Shown here: piece by piece, positions 47,347 through 56,816 of the stretch
Layout of the letters: every line of letters starts with the position of its first letter
How positions within the stretch are numbered: the first letter of the stretch is position 1
DNA from: Micavibrio sp.
GTDB lineage: Bacteria > Pseudomonadota > Alphaproteobacteria > UBA9219
Direction of reading: 5' to 3'
Assembly: GCA_020718105.1 (NCBI GenBank)
Contig: DYDA01000005.1
Span: 13,436 to 77,435, forward strand
Length of the DNA: 64,000 bases
Position numbers and translations under genes: made by a program
Notes under the pieces: model-generated
Told to the model about the DNA's origin: nothing
What the model saw: only the letters and a program-made list of their open reading frames with translations
The model's database searches: none

Positions 47347-48549
47347 TTAGCGGTGATGAGTATAGAGCCTGCGTTGAATCCAGAAAACAAAGATGGCTTT
47401 AGAAAGCAGCAAGATGGTAAGCGCCATGGCGGGCGATGTCATATCCGATAAAAACCCAAGGAAAAGGGTGGCAAGCCCCATGACGATTGATGTCGAGAAA
47501 GAAATCAGGGATCCCATCGTCGCACGCTGCGCGTCGGAAAAGTTTTCTTGTTGTAGACTTTGATTGGCCGTTGTGCCCAGCGCATAGGTGACTTGCGTAA
47601 GCATAAGCAAGAAGGGCGAGAGAAAGGTTTCTGTCACATAGGCTAGAAGACCTAGGATATTGCCAATAAGCGAACCAACAAAAAGAACACGGATCGCGCC
47701 AAGGCGTCGCACAACCGAACCGGCAAACCAAAAGCTGATCGCGCCAATACCGTTCTGCCCTGTCCTATACAAAGGAACCATCCATGCTGGCCACACCGTT
47801 GCCAGAAAACCAGGGGTGAAATAATAACTGCTAAAACCTGTGCCATTTTGGATTGTGACAGCAAGCGCTAGAAGGCGAAGTTTTTTATTTTTGACGATCA
47901 GCTTCATGGCTGTTTTCATATGCGCCAACGAGTTTCCTTCTTTTATAAAATGGACAGGTGGTTCAATGGTCAGCGTGGCAAGAAAGATATTAAGGCTAAG
48001 CGGAATGAGCGTTAAAAGAACAAGCGTTCGATAATCCAAACCCGCCCACAGCATCAGACCGCATACGATGCCACCTAAGGCCAAACCCGCTTGCCCCATG
48101 GAGGTGAACCGTCCAATGGCTTTGGGAAACTGATGTTTGCGTTTCAGGGCGACGAGGGATTCATGAATCATCGCATCGTTGTTGCCACTGAATAAAGATC
48201 GCGCAAGCCCATAAAAGGTAATGCCAAGATAAAGCATCCAAAGTGGACGGGCTGAACCAAAAGCTAAGGCATAACAAGAAACGCCAAGAAACTCGCAAAG
48301 GGAGCCAGCGATAAAAACGCCACGCCGTCCCCAACGATCCGACAATACGCCCGTTGGAATTTCAAAAAAAGCGGTGGCGAAAGCCATGATGCTATAAACG
48401 CTCATGCCAAGCGTATAAGAGCCTGTCAGACTTTTGAAAATAAGGATCGTGATGGGAAAAAAGAAACCAATGCTGCCCATAAACTCATTAGCGGCGATCA
48501 GCGGGACATTGCGTTTTAGGCGACGATCAAGGAGCGGGCGGTGGGGCAT
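47347..48549 (-). CDS. MFS transporter
   Basis: 400 aa with about 12 hydrophobic segments and an MFS loop motif (GVLSDRWGRRGVF). Confidence 0.88.
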   Translation of the reverse strand: MPHRPLLDRRLKRNVPLIAANEFMGSIGFFFPITILIFKSLTGSYTLGMSVYSIMAFATAFFEIPTGVLSDRWGRRGVFIAGSLCEFLGVSCYALAFGSARPLWMLYLGITFYGLARSLFSGNNDAMIHESLVALKRKHQFPKAIGRFTSMGQAGLALGGIVCGLMLWAGLDYRTLVLLTLIPLSLNIFLATLTIEPPVHFIKEGNSLAHMKTAMKLIVKNKKLRLLALAVTIQNGTGFSSYYFTPGFLATVWPAWMVPLYRTGQNGIGAISFWFAGSVVRRLGAIRVLFVGSLIGNILGLLAYVTETFLSPFLLMLTQVTYALGTTANQSLQQENFSDAQRATMGSLISFSTSIVMGLATLFLGFLSDMTSPAMALTILLLSKAIFVFWIQRRLYTHHR

Positions 48550-48675
48550 GATGCGCGCAGTTTAACAAACTTCTCTTTAAAAACCATGCCTAACCACTCA
48601 TTTTCCCTAAAAAAATTGCCAAAAGAAAGGGTTGTAAGCATTTTTCATAATTACTTTCATAGTTTTTGGTGTAGA

Positions 48676-49419
48676 ATGGAACACGTTATATTCAACAAAA
48701 TACGGATGATCATAATGAGTGACGTGGAAGAGATTCAAATCAAGCATTTATCACGTGAAGAGCTAGAGACTCTTTTTAAGAAAACCAGCGAAGAGTTGGC
48801 GCGTTATCGCACTCTGGCTGTCAAGGATCAACTGACCGGCCTTTATAATCGTCACGGCATGGAAGAAGAATTTGAGCGTATCGTAAGCGCGAGCCACCGC
48901 ACAGGAAGCCCGCCTTATATTGGCGTGGCTTTGTTGGATATTGATCACTTTAAAAATGTCAACGACACGCATGGACACGACATCGGCGATCGCGTTCTTG
49001 AACATATTGCGGCCATCATCAAGCGCGTAGCGCGTAAGGATGAAATTGCTTTTCGTTGGGGCGGCGAGGAAATGGGGATTCTTTTTGAGGTTTCTTCGAA
49101 CGGGAAATCTTGGGATATTCTGGAAAACATGCATCATTTTGGCGAACGGCTAAGAAGTGAGATTGAGAACAATCCGTATAACAGTCCTGATAAAGATAAA
49201 GTTGTTTTTGTTACGGCTAGCATTGGCCTGTCTGTTATTCCTTCTTCTCAAGCAACGACGCTTGATGTTCTTGTGAGCCCGGCAGATAAGCTTATGTACC
49301 GCGTTAAAGAAACAGGGCGCAACGGCGTGGGCTATGACCTCAACGCTCTTGATTGTCCTGAGCAGCCCCTTTTCTTTATTCGTAGGAATAGGCTTGGCGT
49401 AAGCGCTCCAACAGCTTGA
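48676..49419 (+). CDS. Diguanylate cyclase (GGDEF domain, active-site variant GGEEM)
   Basis: LTGLYNRHGMEEEF, LDIDHFKNVNDTHGHDIGD and FRWGGEEMGILF. The start is uncertain (48676, 48706 or 48715). The track start at 48541 overlaps the divergent MFS gene. Confidence 0.85.
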   Translation: MEHVIFNKIRMIIMSDVEEIQIKHLSREELETLFKKTSEELARYRTLAVKDQLTGLYNRHGMEEEFERIVSASHRTGSPPYIGVALLDIDHFKNVNDTHGHDIGDRVLEHIAAIIKRVARKDEIAFRWGGEEMGILFEVSSNGKSWDILENMHHFGERLRSEIENNPYNSPDKDKVVFVTASIGLSVIPSSQATTLDVLVSPADKLMYRVKETGRNGVGYDLNALDCPEQPLFFIRRNRLGVSAPTA

Positions 49420-49499
49420 AAAAGCCTGATTTACTGTTCCCATAAGCCGTGTTAGGTTGGAGCAACAATCCCCTCTAACCTCACAGGAATAGTTCCATT

Positions 49500-51047
49500 A
49501 TGTCGCAGCCTGAATCTTCGTTAATGAGCCGTCTTGTTTCCCTTTCTAAGCGTCGTGGATTTATTTTTCAGGCGTCTGAGATTTACGGCGGCCTCAACGG
49601 TTTTTGGGATTTTGGCCCTTTGGGTTGCCAACTTAAGAACAATCTGCGCGATCAGTGGTGGCACGACATGGTCGAGTGCCCCCCCCTTGGCCCCGATGGC
49701 AAGCCTTTATCGATTGTTGGCCTTGATAGCTCTATTATCCAGCATCCGCGCACGTGGGAAGCGTCGGGGCACGCCGCAGGGTTTGCCGACTTGATGGTCG
49801 ATTGCCGCGAAAGCAAGCATCGCTACCGCGCCGATCATATCCTTTGTCTCGAAGTCTTTTATGAGAAAGCTGGCGTGAAAAAGCCTTTGGGTGTTCTCAG
49901 TGCCCTTGAAGGTGATGAGTTTGACACCACGATTATCAAAAAAGCAAAGAAGTTGATGCAAAAGGCAGGGGGCGGCGAGATTCTTCCCATCGAGGCAAGC
50001 CTAGCCGTTCCCTTCACAACCCTTTCGAAAGAACAGCAGGGGCTCGTGATAGGGTTGGACGCAGAAAACGTCGGAACGCTTACCGAACCTCGCGCTTTTA
50101 ATTTGATGTTCCATACCTATGTCGGCGTGTTTCAGGACGAGGACTCGAAAGTCTACCTCCGCCCTGAAACGGCGCAGGGCATTTTCCTGCAGTACAAGAA
50201 CATCATGGATTCCTCGCGCGTCAAGCCGCCGTTCGGCGTTGCGCAGGTTGGCAAGTCCTTCCGCAACGAAGTCACGCCGCGCAACTTTATCTTCCGCGCG
50301 CGCGAGTTTGAGCAAATGGAGATGGAGTTCTTCTGCCCACCCGAAGACGGGATGATGTGGTACGAGTTCTGGGTAGCGGAGCGCTTGCGTTGGTGGGAGA
50401 GCGTCGGCTGCCGCAAGGAAAATCTGTTCGGTCACGTCATTCCCGAAAACGAGGTAGCGCACTATTCCAAGGGCACAACGGATATCGAATATCGCTGGCC
50501 GTTTACCGCGCCCAATTTTGGCGAGTTGGAAGGCGTGGCTTACCGCACGGACTATGATTTGAAACAGCATGCCGCGTTCAGCAAGACGAACCTTGATTAC
50601 ATCGATCAAGAAGCCAAGCGCCGCTATGTCCCACATGTGGTGGAGCCTGCCAGTGGCCTGACGCGTGGCGTGCTTTTGTTGCTGGCGGAGGGCTATCAGT
50701 ATGATGAGAGTCGCGCCTCGCCAGAGTGGCTGAAGATCAAGCCAAGCCTTGCGCCCATCAAACTCGGCATCTTCCCGCTTGTGAACAAAGATGGCATGCC
50801 GGAAGTGGCCGAAAAGCTCTATCTGGATCTGCGCCAGACTTATACTTGCCAGTTCGATGCCAAGCAATCCATCGGCAAGCGCTATGCTCGCATGGATGAG
50901 GCGGGCACGCCGTTCTGCATCACCGTGGATGGCGAGACGCTAAAGGATCAAGCCGTCACCATCCGCGACCGTGACACCGCCAGCCAAGAGCGCGTGGCGC
51001 TGGATAAGGTGCGGGCGTATGTCGCTGCCAAACTGGCTTCCGCTTAA
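49500..51047 (+). CDS. glyQS: Glycine--tRNA ligase, homodimeric alpha2 type
   Basis: 515 aa in a single chain, with RRGFIFQASEIYGGLNGFWDFGPLG, FRNEVTPRNFIFRAREFEQMEMEFF (class II motif 2) and a C-terminal anticodon-binding domain. Confidence 0.9.
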   Translation: MSQPESSLMSRLVSLSKRRGFIFQASEIYGGLNGFWDFGPLGCQLKNNLRDQWWHDMVECPPLGPDGKPLSIVGLDSSIIQHPRTWEASGHAAGFADLMVDCRESKHRYRADHILCLEVFYEKAGVKKPLGVLSALEGDEFDTTIIKKAKKLMQKAGGGEILPIEASLAVPFTTLSKEQQGLVIGLDAENVGTLTEPRAFNLMFHTYVGVFQDEDSKVYLRPETAQGIFLQYKNIMDSSRVKPPFGVAQVGKSFRNEVTPRNFIFRAREFEQMEMEFFCPPEDGMMWYEFWVAERLRWWESVGCRKENLFGHVIPENEVAHYSKGTTDIEYRWPFTAPNFGELEGVAYRTDYDLKQHAAFSKTNLDYIDQEAKRRYVPHVVEPASGLTRGVLLLLAEGYQYDESRASPEWLKIKPSLAPIKLGIFPLVNKDGMPEVAEKLYLDLRQTYTCQFDAKQSIGKRYARMDEAGTPFCITVDGETLKDQAVTIRDRDTASQERVALDKVRAYVAAKLASA

Positions 51048-51174
51048 ACGGAAAGTTTGTTTTTGACAGGGCTTGGCCATCGGTAACATTTTGTAAAGGG
51101 GCGTATGGTACAAGCCTATCCTTGCCGCGCAAGTTATGCGCAGCGTGATTATTCACGACATGAAGGATAGACTT

Positions 51175-52872
51175 ATGCAAAGTAAACGCATTCTGGTTAT
51201 CGGTGGTTCAGCGGCTGGCCCTAAGGCAGCCTCAAAAGCGCGGCGCATGGATGAGCATGCCGACATCACCATCATTCAAAAAAGCGCTGATCTTTCTATG
51301 GCCTCATGTGGCTATCCTTATTACATCGGTGGGTTCTTTGATAATCGTGACATGCTACTGTGTTCGCCCGCTGGCGTGGTGCGTGACAGCAATTTCTTTT
51401 TGAACGCCAAAAATATCAAGGCCAAGGTTCAAACCGAAGTTTTGTCTATCGATCGCGCCAATAAAACAGTTCACGTCAAAGATTTGAAAACAGGGCAGGA
51501 AGAAGATTTGCCCTATGACACTTTGATTTTAGCAACGGGCGCAACGCCGACGCGCCCGCCTGTTGAGGGGCTGGATCTTGATGGCATCACGACGTTGCAG
51601 TGCATCGAAGACGCCGATTATTTGCGTAAAATCCGTGATGAGAAAAAAGTCACCAAGGCCGTTGTGATTGGCGGCGGGTTGATCGGCATTGAAACGTGCG
51701 AGGCGTTGCAGTTGGCGGGTATTCAGACATCGATTGTTGAAATGATGCCGCAGTTTCTGGCTTTCCTTGATTGGGAGATGGCCAAGCTGGTGGAAAATCT
51801 TGTCCGCAGCAAAGGCGTCGATGTTCACACCGAAAACGGTCTTGCCGCTTTTATGGGGGAGGGCGGTAAGCTCACAGGCATCAAACTCAAAGATGGCTCA
51901 GAGATTCCTTGCCAGCTCGCCGTTTTGGCTATCGGCGTTAAGCCTAACAGCAAGCTGGCCAAAGACGCAGGGCTTGAGATTGGGGCGACCGGCGGCATCA
52001 CGGTTGATCATTATATGCAAACCTCTGATCCCAACATTTATGCGGCGGGCGATTGCATAGAAATCGATCATCTTTTAACGGGCAAGAAAGTCCATGCGCC
52101 TTACGGCGATTTGGCCAACTTGCAAGGCCGCGTGGCTGGCGAAAACGCCGTAATGGGCAATACCGTAACATTTTCTGGCACGACGCAAACGGGCATTTGC
52201 AAGATTTTTGACTATGCGGCGGGAACGACGGGGTTGACTGAAAAGAGCGCTCGTAAAAACGGGTTCAACGATATCGTGACGGTCGTCAACGCCAGCGCCG
52301 ATAAGCCGGGGTTTATGAATGGAAAACTTTTGGTCACTAAGCTGGTTGCGGATCGTGTGACGGGTAAAATCTTGGGCGCGCAGTGCGTCGGGCCGGGCGA
52401 TGTTTCCAAACAGGTGGCCATTTGGGCTATGGCGATTATGGGGCGCTTGACGGTGGCGGATATGGTCAATGCCGATTTGCCCTATGCCCCGCCGTTTTCG
52501 CTGGCGCTGGATCACAGCATCGCGACGGCGCACTTGATGGAAAATAAGATAAAGGGTCGTTTGAAAGGCATCGATGTGGCTGAGCTTAAAGCGAAACTTG
52601 ATGGGGGCAAGCCTCCCTTCCTTCTTGATGCGCGTGGAGCGGATGAGTTCGAGGCGATGCGTCTTGGCATCGGGGAAAAGTTGATCCCCTTGGGCGCTTT
52701 ACGCAAGCGCCTAGCTGAGGTTGATCCTGATAAGGAGAGGGAAATCGTTTGCTACTGTAAAATATCCCTTCGCGGCTATGAGGCGGCGCTGGTGTTAGAG
52801 GCAAACGGCTGGAAAAACGTGCGTGTTTTAGAGGGCGGTTTGATGGCGTGGCCTTATCCGCGTGAGAAATAA
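51175..52872 (+). CDS. CoA-disulfide reductase-like FAD oxidoreductase fused to a rhodanese domain
   Basis: ILVIGGSAAGPKAA, redox Cys in SMASCGYPYY, VVIGGGLIGIE and AAGDC. The C-terminal rhodanese has CYCKISLRG. A GAAGGA SD precedes ATG 51175. Confidence 0.88.
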   Translation: MQSKRILVIGGSAAGPKAASKARRMDEHADITIIQKSADLSMASCGYPYYIGGFFDNRDMLLCSPAGVVRDSNFFLNAKNIKAKVQTEVLSIDRANKTVHVKDLKTGQEEDLPYDTLILATGATPTRPPVEGLDLDGITTLQCIEDADYLRKIRDEKKVTKAVVIGGGLIGIETCEALQLAGIQTSIVEMMPQFLAFLDWEMAKLVENLVRSKGVDVHTENGLAAFMGEGGKLTGIKLKDGSEIPCQLAVLAIGVKPNSKLAKDAGLEIGATGGITVDHYMQTSDPNIYAAGDCIEIDHLLTGKKVHAPYGDLANLQGRVAGENAVMGNTVTFSGTTQTGICKIFDYAAGTTGLTEKSARKNGFNDIVTVVNASADKPGFMNGKLLVTKLVADRVTGKILGAQCVGPGDVSKQVAIWAMAIMGRLTVADMVNADLPYAPPFSLALDHSIATAHLMENKIKGRLKGIDVAELKAKLDGGKPPFLLDARGADEFEAMRLGIGEKLIPLGALRKRLAEVDPDKEREIVCYCKISLRGYEAALVLEANGWKNVRVLEGGLMAWPYPREK

Positions 52873-52929
52873 AGCTGATCGCGAATGCCCGCTGCTTTTT
52901 CTGTCTCATAATCCTTTCGCTTAAGATTG

Positions 52930-53898
52930 ATGGGGTCTATAAAGACTGAAATGGATATTTATCTTCCCATCGCAGAAATGCCGATTAACGTCCTTTGGGT
53001 CTTTGGCCTTGGCGCGGTTGTCGGTTTTTTGTCTGGCCTGTTTGGCGTTGGTGGTGGCTTTTTGCTCACTCCGTTTTTGACCTTTATGGGGGTGCCGCCA
53101 ACCATCGCCGTTGGCACGCAATCGGCTCAATTGGCCGGTACGGGGCTTTCAGGAACATTGATGCATTGGAAGCGGCGCGGCGTCGATGTGCGTATGGGCT
53201 TTATCTTGACGGTGGGCAGTTTTTTGGGGACAGCTGTTGGCGTTGAGATATTCAAATGGCTCAAACAAATCGGGCAGATTAATTTGGTGATCGTCCTTTC
53301 TTACGTCACGCTTTTATCCGCTGTCGGATTGATGATGTTTTTTGAAAGCGCTCCGCGTCTTATAAGGCGAGAAAAAAGATTGCGTGCCGCAGCGCGTCAG
53401 CCGACCAAGGAAGAACAGCCCCAAGGCTTAACCCAAGGATGGGGCGCAGGAGGTTCTTTTGCCGTTGATTTTCATGCGTCCAACTTGCGCGTGAACGTGC
53501 TTTTACCCATCGGCCTTGGCATTATTGGCGGTTTGCTCGTCGCGCTTTTGGGCGTGGGGGGAGGGTTCGTTCTGGTTCCCGCTATGATCTATCTTTTGAA
53601 AATGCCGCCCGCTTTGGTCAATGGCACGTCTCTTTTTCAAATTGTGTTCACGACAGTTTTCGCAACAGCTCTGCAAGCTATCTCTAATCATTCGGTTGAT
53701 ATCGTTTTGGCTCTTGCCCTTTTGCTGGGCAGCGTGATGTCCGTCCCCATGGGGGCGAGGCTTGCTTCGCGCCTGCGGCCAGAGGTTGCGCGGCTTCTTA
53801 TGGCTCTCTTGATTTTGGCGGTCGCTGGCAAAATGATGTTCGATCTTTTCTCGACGCCTGATCAACTCTTTTCTGTCACTATGGTGGGGCTGTCATGA
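52930..53898 (+). CDS. TauE/SafE (TSUP) family anion exporter
   Basis: GFLSGLFGVGGGFLLTP and LLGVGGGFVLVP repeats, and a polytopic membrane profile. Confidence 0.85.
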   Translation: MGSIKTEMDIYLPIAEMPINVLWVFGLGAVVGFLSGLFGVGGGFLLTPFLTFMGVPPTIAVGTQSAQLAGTGLSGTLMHWKRRGVDVRMGFILTVGSFLGTAVGVEIFKWLKQIGQINLVIVLSYVTLLSAVGLMMFFESAPRLIRREKRLRAAARQPTKEEQPQGLTQGWGAGGSFAVDFHASNLRVNVLLPIGLGIIGGLLVALLGVGGGFVLVPAMIYLLKMPPALVNGTSLFQIVFTTVFATALQAISNHSVDIVLALALLLGSVMSVPMGARLASRLRPEVARLLMALLILAVAGKMMFDLFSTPDQLFSVTMVGLS

Positions 53899-54611
53899 TC
53901 AAGCGCCTCGCCTTTTTCGCGCTCTTTTTCTTTTTGCTCACGCAGCCTGCGCGAGCAGAAGCCGAAGCCGCCGCCGATCTGGCAGAAGATTTCATCCCCG
54001 TCACAGAGAGCTTTGATGGTGCGCATGTGATGGTTTTTGGGGCTCTCATTTCCGCCAAATCCGACATCGTGGTGGTTCTTGAAGGCCCCCCCGCCAAGGC
54101 ATCGATCCGCGCTAAAATCAAAAAGTTTGGTATTTGGGTGAATGATGAGGCTCAAACGCTTGAGGCTATCCCAAGCTTTTATGCTGTGCTCTCCTCGCGC
54201 CCTTTGACAAAAATAATGAAGCCTGAAGCCATGGCTATGCGAGGGCTAGGGTTTCAATCACTGCCCCTTGATAGTGTGGCAGGACAAGGCTTTTTGCAAA
54301 ATCGCCTTGCGAAAGGGCTTTATGTGGAAATTCCCGATGGCGTTAAAATCCGTGATAAGAAACTTTTTCGCGCCGATTTTGACCTGCCACCCAACGTGCC
54401 CATAGGGGATTATAAAACCACGATTTATGAGCTTAAGAACGGTTCCGTGTCGGCCAGTCGCACCACAACTTTTAAAATTGCGCCCATCGGTACGGCCAGC
54501 ATGATTAGAAATCTATCGATGCAATATCCAGCCTTTTATGCGGCGCTGGCTATCGCTCTTGTCCTTTTGATCGGCGGCCTCGCCGCGTATCTTTTCAGAA
54601 AGGCGACATAA
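53895..54611 (+). CDS. TIGR02186 (Alph_Pro_TM)-like membrane-anchored protein
   Basis: A signal peptide, FGIWVN and IPSFYAVLSSRPL motifs that I associate with this alphaproteobacterial family, and a C-terminal TM helix. It has a 4-nt overlap with the TauE gene. Confidence 0.65.
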   Translation: MIKRLAFFALFFFLLTQPARAEAEAAADLAEDFIPVTESFDGAHVMVFGALISAKSDIVVVLEGPPAKASIRAKIKKFGIWVNDEAQTLEAIPSFYAVLSSRPLTKIMKPEAMAMRGLGFQSLPLDSVAGQGFLQNRLAKGLYVEIPDGVKIRDKKLFRADFDLPPNVPIGDYKTTIYELKNGSVSASRTTTFKIAPIGTASMIRNLSMQYPAFYAALAIALVLLIGGLAAYLFRKAT

Positions 54612-54614
54612 CCC

Positions 54615-55052
54615 ATGACAACGCCCAGCTATCTTGTGATTAAGGATGAAAGCGCAGCTTTTCAGGCTGCCTTGCGTTTTGCCAGCAATGCCGCGAAAAC
54701 GGCTCAAGCGAATGTCACCATTTTATGCATCATTGAACCTGAAGAGATTCAGGCATGGGGCGGGGTAGAGCGCGCTTTGGACGATGAAGCTTTTGACGCC
54801 GCCCGCCTAGCCATGGCCGCGCATGAAAAGGTGGTGGAGGCGATAACGGGTCAAAAACCTGTTTGTGTGTACCGCAAAGGTGGCCGTCGCGCTGTTCTGG
54901 CAGAATATCTAACTCAAACGGAGAATGTGATGGCGCTTGTCCTTGGGGCGGGGGTTAAGGATACAACGCAAAGTCATCTTATTGCTCACATGGCCGCAGA
55001 AAAAAATCTACACAAGCTTTCCCTTCCGCTTATGATTGTGCCAACGAAATAG
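54615..55052 (+). CDS. Universal stress protein (UspA)-like
   Basis: 145 aa with a USP-like layout (YLVIKDES..AL.FA...A, then LVLGAG......L.....LPLMIVP). Confidence 0.6.
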   Translation: MTTPSYLVIKDESAAFQAALRFASNAAKTAQANVTILCIIEPEEIQAWGGVERALDDEAFDAARLAMAAHEKVVEAITGQKPVCVYRKGGRRAVLAEYLTQTENVMALVLGAGVKDTTQSHLIAHMAAEKNLHKLSLPLMIVPTK

Positions 55053-55239
55053 AAGAGGGAGACGGTTAACATAGGGTTCTTCTCTGTTTTCAATAGTGAC
55101 AATGCCTTAGTGGGTAAAAAAAAGTGATAAAGGATGCTAAATAATTACTTTTGACTATTGTCTGTAGGGCGATATCTGGTTATAAGCGGAACCTCACACA
55201 CGCATGGATCCACGTTTTTGGGTTAGGTGTGCTTGGCAT

Positions 55240-55315
55240 GCCTGGGTAGCTCAGTTGGTAGAGCAGGGGATTGAAAATCCCCGTGTCGGCGGTTCAATTC
55301 CGTCCCCAGGCACCA
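55240..55315 (+). tRNA. tRNA-Phe (anticodon GAA)
   Basis: GCCTGGGTAGCTCAGTTGGTAGAGCAGGGGATTGAAAATCCCCGTGTCGGCGGTTCAATTCCGTCCCCAGGCACCA folds as a canonical cloverleaf. CCA is encoded. Confidence 0.95.
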
Positions 55316-55428
55316 CTAAAAAGCCCCCCTTAAAAAAGAAGAAGCCGAAAAGCAACGGCGCGAAACCCACGTCCTTGACGAAGTCGGCAGCTTTAGCTTT
55401 ATAAGAAAGAAAAAGAAGAAAGAACAGC

Positions 55429-56331
55429 ATGACTCCTCACACTGATATTCGCGTGGGCGATTGGACTGACTGTTTCTTGCCTGCGCCTGTTCGCCCCTAT
55501 GCGCGGCTGATGAGGCTTGATCGCCCGATTGGCACATGGCTGCTTTTGCTACCGTGCTTGTGGAGCGTGACACTGGCAAGTGATGGCTTGCCTTCTCCCG
55601 TTTTGCTTGCGCTCTTTGCGCTTGGCGCCCTTATCATGCGCGGAGCGGGATGCGCGATCAACGATCTGTATGATCGCCACCTTGATGGGCAGGTGGAGCG
55701 TACCGCCACAAGGCCCTTGCCGAGTGGCCAAGTCAAGCCGTGGCAGGCGCTGTTGTTCGTGGCGGCGCTTTTGCTGCTTGGCCTTGCTGTGTTGCTGCAA
55801 TTCAATGCGTTTACCGTTTGGCTGGGCGTGGCGTCGTTGGCGCTCGTGTTCACCTATCCGCTGGCCAAACGCGTGACATGGTGGCCGCAGTTTGTCCTCG
55901 GCCTTGCCTTTAACTGGGGAGCTCTCATGGGGTGGAGCGCGGTTCAGGGCTCCCTGTCTTGGTCAGCGTTTTTTCTTTATGCGGCGGGTATTTTTTGGAC
56001 GCTGGGCTATGACACGATCTATGCGCATCAAGACAAAGAAGACGATGCGAAGATAGGGATCAAATCGCTGGCCCTGAAGTTGGGGAGTCGCTCACGCCCA
56101 ATCATCGCCCTTTTTTATGCGGCTTGTCTTGCGGGACTTGCGCTGGTTGGTTGGGTGAGCCAACTGGGGGCGACGTATTACGGCGTGCTGGCTCTGGCGG
56201 CTTTGCACGCCGTTTGGCAGTTGGCTTTGTGGCGGGTCGATGATCCGGCGGATAGTCTTAGGCGCTTTAACTCCAACCGCGACTTTGGCCTGATCATTTG
56301 GGCCGCGCTCGCGGTTGGAAAAGCGTTGTAG
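55429..56331 (+). CDS. ubiA: 4-hydroxybenzoate polyprenyltransferase
   Basis: LMRLDRPIGTWLLLLPCLW, NDLYDRHLDGQVERTATRPLPSG and YDTIYAHQDKEDD. Confidence 0.92.
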   Translation: MTPHTDIRVGDWTDCFLPAPVRPYARLMRLDRPIGTWLLLLPCLWSVTLASDGLPSPVLLALFALGALIMRGAGCAINDLYDRHLDGQVERTATRPLPSGQVKPWQALLFVAALLLLGLAVLLQFNAFTVWLGVASLALVFTYPLAKRVTWWPQFVLGLAFNWGALMGWSAVQGSLSWSAFFLYAAGIFWTLGYDTIYAHQDKEDDAKIGIKSLALKLGSRSRPIIALFYAACLAGLALVGWVSQLGATYYGVLALAALHAVWQLALWRVDDPADSLRRFNSNRDFGLIIWAALAVGKAL

Positions 56332-56337
56332 GAGGGG

Positions 56338-56637
56338 TTATTCCGCCGCGCTGCGATATTCTTGAATTCGCGTGGCGCGAAGACCATGAACGCCATGGCT
56401 GTCCAGCAGGAACGACCACGACTTAAACTCTTCCTCGGACAGGTGATAGCGCTCACAGGCTTCGTTGAGAGAGAGAATGCCGTTACGCACAGCCGTTACA
56501 ACCTGCGCCTTGCGGCGCATAACCCAACGGCGGGTTTTGGGGGAGGGAAGCTTGTCCATCTCCCTTTGGCGCTCTGTGGAGCGAACGATATGGACTTGAT
56601 CGCCATCGGTGCTGAATGAAATGTTGGTCTGTGGCAT
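56338..56637 (-). CDS. DUF1153 family protein (SciP-like small CtrA-inhibitor family)
   Basis: 99 aa with TRRWVMRRKAQVVTAVRNGILSLNEACERYHLSEEEFKSWSFLLDSHGVHGLRATRIQEYR. Confidence 0.75.
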   Translation of the reverse strand: MPQTNISFSTDGDQVHIVRSTERQREMDKLPSPKTRRWVMRRKAQVVTAVRNGILSLNEACERYHLSEEEFKSWSFLLDSHGVHGLRATRIQEYRSAAE

Positions 56638-56783
56638 GGTATAGCTCCGTTTGAAAGTATTTGATGACAGGGAAAGGATACATGAAAATCCTTTAGGAAC
56701 GCCTAATGTTAAGCTTAACGTAACGGCATCGCAACAAATAAAATTACTTTCATGAGAAAGAGTTGAAGCTTAAATATAGTTAA

Positions 56784-56807
56784 GAAGGCCCCGCAAGCAG
56801 GGCCTTC
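56784..56807 (-). terminator. Hairpin terminator downstream of tadG
   Basis: GAAGGCCC-cgcaagca-GGGCCTTC forms an 8-bp GC-rich stem. Confidence 0.5.
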
Positions 56808-56816
56808 TTGTTGAAC

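Noticed and set aside
56638-56816. Possible CtrA boxes (TTAA-N7-TTAA) upstream of the SciP-like gene and in 59405-59648.
   Set aside because: The best candidates have the wrong spacing (TTAAatatagTTAA is N6) or a degenerate second half (TTAA-N7-GTAA).
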